From positions 1 through 11,850 of the forward strand of contig JBHGNT010001123.1 of assembly GCA_043228905.1 (NCBI GenBank): a stretch of 11,850 bases of DNA. The letters are read 5' to 3'. A program made the translations under genes and the position numbers. Below are positions 9,735 through 11,850 of this stretch, one piece after another. The notes under the pieces are model-generated. The model did not search any database and was not told the DNA's origin. It worked only from the letters and a program-made list of their open reading frames with translations. This DNA is from Azolla caroliniana (taxonomy: Eukaryota > Plantae > Polypodiophyta). The number at the start of each line of letters is the position of its first letter. The first letter of the stretch is position 1.

Positions 9735-11552
9735 TCAGAAGGCCGATGAATTCATGCCATCAGACCTCCCCGCGTTCGTTCTAAAATAATGACTTGGTAG
9801 CATTGAATCTTCTCCACCTTGGCCAGCTGAGTTCTCCTTGAGAATAGCCAACAATGCACGTGCTTTTTCTTGGGCTCGGGATGCCCCGTCATCAGCCAAT
9901 GACATTAATAACTCTTGAGCACCTGCCTTTAGAGCTATGGATTTGAACCTCATGTTCCCTTGAGACAAAAGCAAGAGAACAGCTGCTGCTTGTTCTGGAA
10001 TATCAGCTGCCTCTCTACTAGCTCGTATAGCTAGAAGCCTAACTAATCTCACGATTCCATTGACCTCAAGAATACTTGCTCTGCCTTCAGGAACTGCCGC
10101 AATGTTGATGAGGATGAGGAGGGATCGTGACGCAAGGTCAGGCTTGTCTTGAGACTCTGCCAAATCAAGGAGTATAGGAACAGCCCCCAACTTAACAAGC
10201 TTAGATTTGTTGGATTGGTAAAGAGACAGATGGTAAAGAGCCATAGCTGCATCCTGGCATGCTCTAGGGGTTCCCGAGAGGAGAAGCTGGATGAGAGGCG
10301 GGATGGCATTAAGGACTCCAAATGGATTCTTGTTCTCATCGGCAAGGGCGAGGCTGAAGACAGCACCGGCTGCATGCTCTTGTGCCTCATGCGAACCCGT
10401 GCTAAGGAGCGACACAATGAAGGGTATTGCCCCAGCTCGCACAATGCTCACCTTGTTTTGCTTCTCTATGGATAAGTTCACGAGGGCGGCCACCCCATTG
10501 ACCTGAACCTCAGGTATGGGTGAGCGGAGGAGGGGTAAGATAGCTTGGATGATTGCCGGGGAGCAAAGAGAGATACGACTCTCAGCGGAAGTTCGGCTGA
10601 GCTGCCGGAGCTCGGCCACCGCTTCTCCTTGCTGCTCTGGGTCTCTGAGCTTCTGGATGAGCCAATTTTCAGGTTCTGCCGAGTCAGGTATTCTGTGGTG
10701 ATCATTGTCGGGATTGTCGGCCCTGTACGAAGCAGGCCGTGTGGCGAGATCAGGTGGCAACTCACGATTGGCAGGGGTTTCACTGGCTGTGGATGGAGAG
10801 TTTCGCATTGCCTGGTTTCCCTCGAATGTGTGGTATTTTCCAAAATTATGAAATGAGTTTCCTTTCAGATGAAGCCCATGAGGTCGAGATGAGGGTCCAC
10901 TAGACCATGTGACTGGACCTCCATAGGGTCTAGGCCTCGGCTTATTTTCTTCCTCAACGTTAGCATTATTCACAGAAGGATTAGACTTCTCATCTTGCAC
11001 TTCATGCACCATCAGTTTCTCATCTACGGTATGAGCCAGAGGAGCATTTATATATGCCTCTGATACTCTTTCACCTTTGGAAACCGAAATTTGTTCTTTA
11101 TGCACTGATACCCCGGTGTGAGGCATCACACCATCATCATCACCGTTATCATCATCATTACCATTGGGAGCATGCTGATTTGCCAAAGTTGACTCATTAG
11201 ATGGGCCACTCGGGCTCAACCCAGTCATTCGTCTTGATGCTTCCATCTCTGAGATCAATCGTTGAGCCAATGCATGTGCCAGTTCATGAGAAGGAGAAAT
11301 AGGAAATACCTGAATCCCCCTTGACTTGGCCAAGTTCGCGATGGCATTCTTCACTGCCATGTTCGGGATCATGAATGCACTAGTCAAACTAGTGTTCTGT
11401 TTCAAACAAGTATTCTGACCAAGCTCGAGCCAAGCTTCTATGCATCTGCGCTCATAGGTCTCGCCTGAAGTAACGATGACAGGGTCCGCCATGACCGATC
11501 TCGAGATAGGGCAGACCAGTTCAGGAGGCCAATATGAAGGGTGAAGATCCAT
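9735..11552 (-). CDS. U-box and ARM-repeat E3 ubiquitin ligase (plant PUB, no UND domain; PUB38/39/40/41-like)
   Basis: 605-aa uninterrupted ORF with start context GCCATGG. The N-terminal U-box reads PPELVCPISRSVMADPVIVTSGETYERRCIEAWL...IPNMAVKNAI. A low-complexity linker follows, then ARM repeats (QVNGVAALVNLSIEKQNKVSIVRAGAIP, AQEHAAGAVFSLAL, QDAAMALYHLSL, RAQEKARALL). The LATRPASY linker motif and C-terminal NSSAF resemble my recollection of the PUB38-41 clade; the exact orthologue is not assigned. Confidence 0.95.
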   Translation of the reverse strand: MDLHPSYWPPELVCPISRSVMADPVIVTSGETYERRCIEAWLELGQNTCLKQNTSLTSAFMIPNMAVKNAIANLAKSRGIQVFPISPSHELAHALAQRLISEMEASRRMTGLSPSGPSNESTLANQHAPNGNDDDNGDDDGVMPHTGVSVHKEQISVSKGERVSEAYINAPLAHTVDEKLMVHEVQDEKSNPSVNNANVEEENKPRPRPYGGPVTWSSGPSSRPHGLHLKGNSFHNFGKYHTFEGNQAMRNSPSTASETPANRELPPDLATRPASYRADNPDNDHHRIPDSAEPENWLIQKLRDPEQQGEAVAELRQLSRTSAESRISLCSPAIIQAILPLLRSPIPEVQVNGVAALVNLSIEKQNKVSIVRAGAIPFIVSLLSTGSHEAQEHAAGAVFSLALADENKNPFGVLNAIPPLIQLLLSGTPRACQDAAMALYHLSLYQSNKSKLVKLGAVPILLDLAESQDKPDLASRSLLILINIAAVPEGRASILEVNGIVRLVRLLAIRASREAADIPEQAAAVLLLLSQGNMRFKSIALKAGAQELLMSLADDGASRAQEKARALLAILKENSAGQGGEDSMLPSHYFRTNAGRSDGMNSSAF

Positions 11553-11571
11553 GGCTACCGCAGAGAAAGCC

Positions 11572-11610
11572 CTTCTTCTTCTTCTTCTTCTTCTTCTTCT
11601 TCTTCTTCTT
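11572..11610. repeat. (CTT)13 / (GAA)13 microsatellite in the probable 5' UTR of the PUB gene
   Basis: Perfect trinucleotide run ending about 20 nt upstream of the ATG at 11552. Confidence 0.95.
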
Positions 11611-11687
11611 CTCCTCCTTAGAGATCTGCTGAAGAAACCATTATGATGAATCGATGTAGAGCCTCGTTGTGTAGGAACTCTTCTGAT

Positions 11688-11696
11688 CTAGGGTTT
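11688..11696 (-). promoter_or_regulatory. Telo-box-like motif AAACCCTAG
   Basis: The plus strand reads CTAGGGTTT, about 135 nt upstream of the PUB ATG. Telo-boxes are common near plant transcription starts. Confidence 0.45.
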
Positions 11697-11850
11697 CTCG
11701 AAGATTCCCCTGTTTAGAGATGGTTGCTTCTCTGTCCTTGGCTATTACCGACGGAGAAAGTCTCCATTGACCAGGCCTACTCCATCCCTGTTTGTGGCTT
11801 AAAAAGTAAGCATTGACATTCGATGTCGATGTCTTACACCACACACAGCT

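Noticed and set aside
10049-10856. Several overlapping ORFs on both strands inside the PUB CDS
   Set aside because: Shadow ORFs of a GC-richer coding region, with no recognisable motifs.

Overview
AT-rich land-plant nuclear DNA. The one clear conventional gene is an intronless U-box/ARM-repeat E3 ubiquitin ligase on the minus strand (9735-11552, 605 aa), resembling the PUB38-41 group, with a (GAA)13 tract, a telo-box and short upstream ORFs in its probable leader. The left ~4.7 kb is mostly transposon debris. It includes a 5'-truncated L1-like LINE end with a poly(A) tail (2563-3073), bracketed by an unusually long 58-63 bp direct repeat, plus weak Harbinger-like and gag-like remnants. The best candidate for something undescribed is a minus-strand unit at about 7620-7815: TATA-like element, short leader and a strong start context, then a 39-aa single-pass membrane microprotein followed by splice signals in apparently non-coding downstream sequence. 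Other structure includes a 143-bp tandem duplication (8713-8998) and a degenerate 31-32 bp minisatellite (about 7143-7315). All family calls come from motif recognition by eye; no searches were run.
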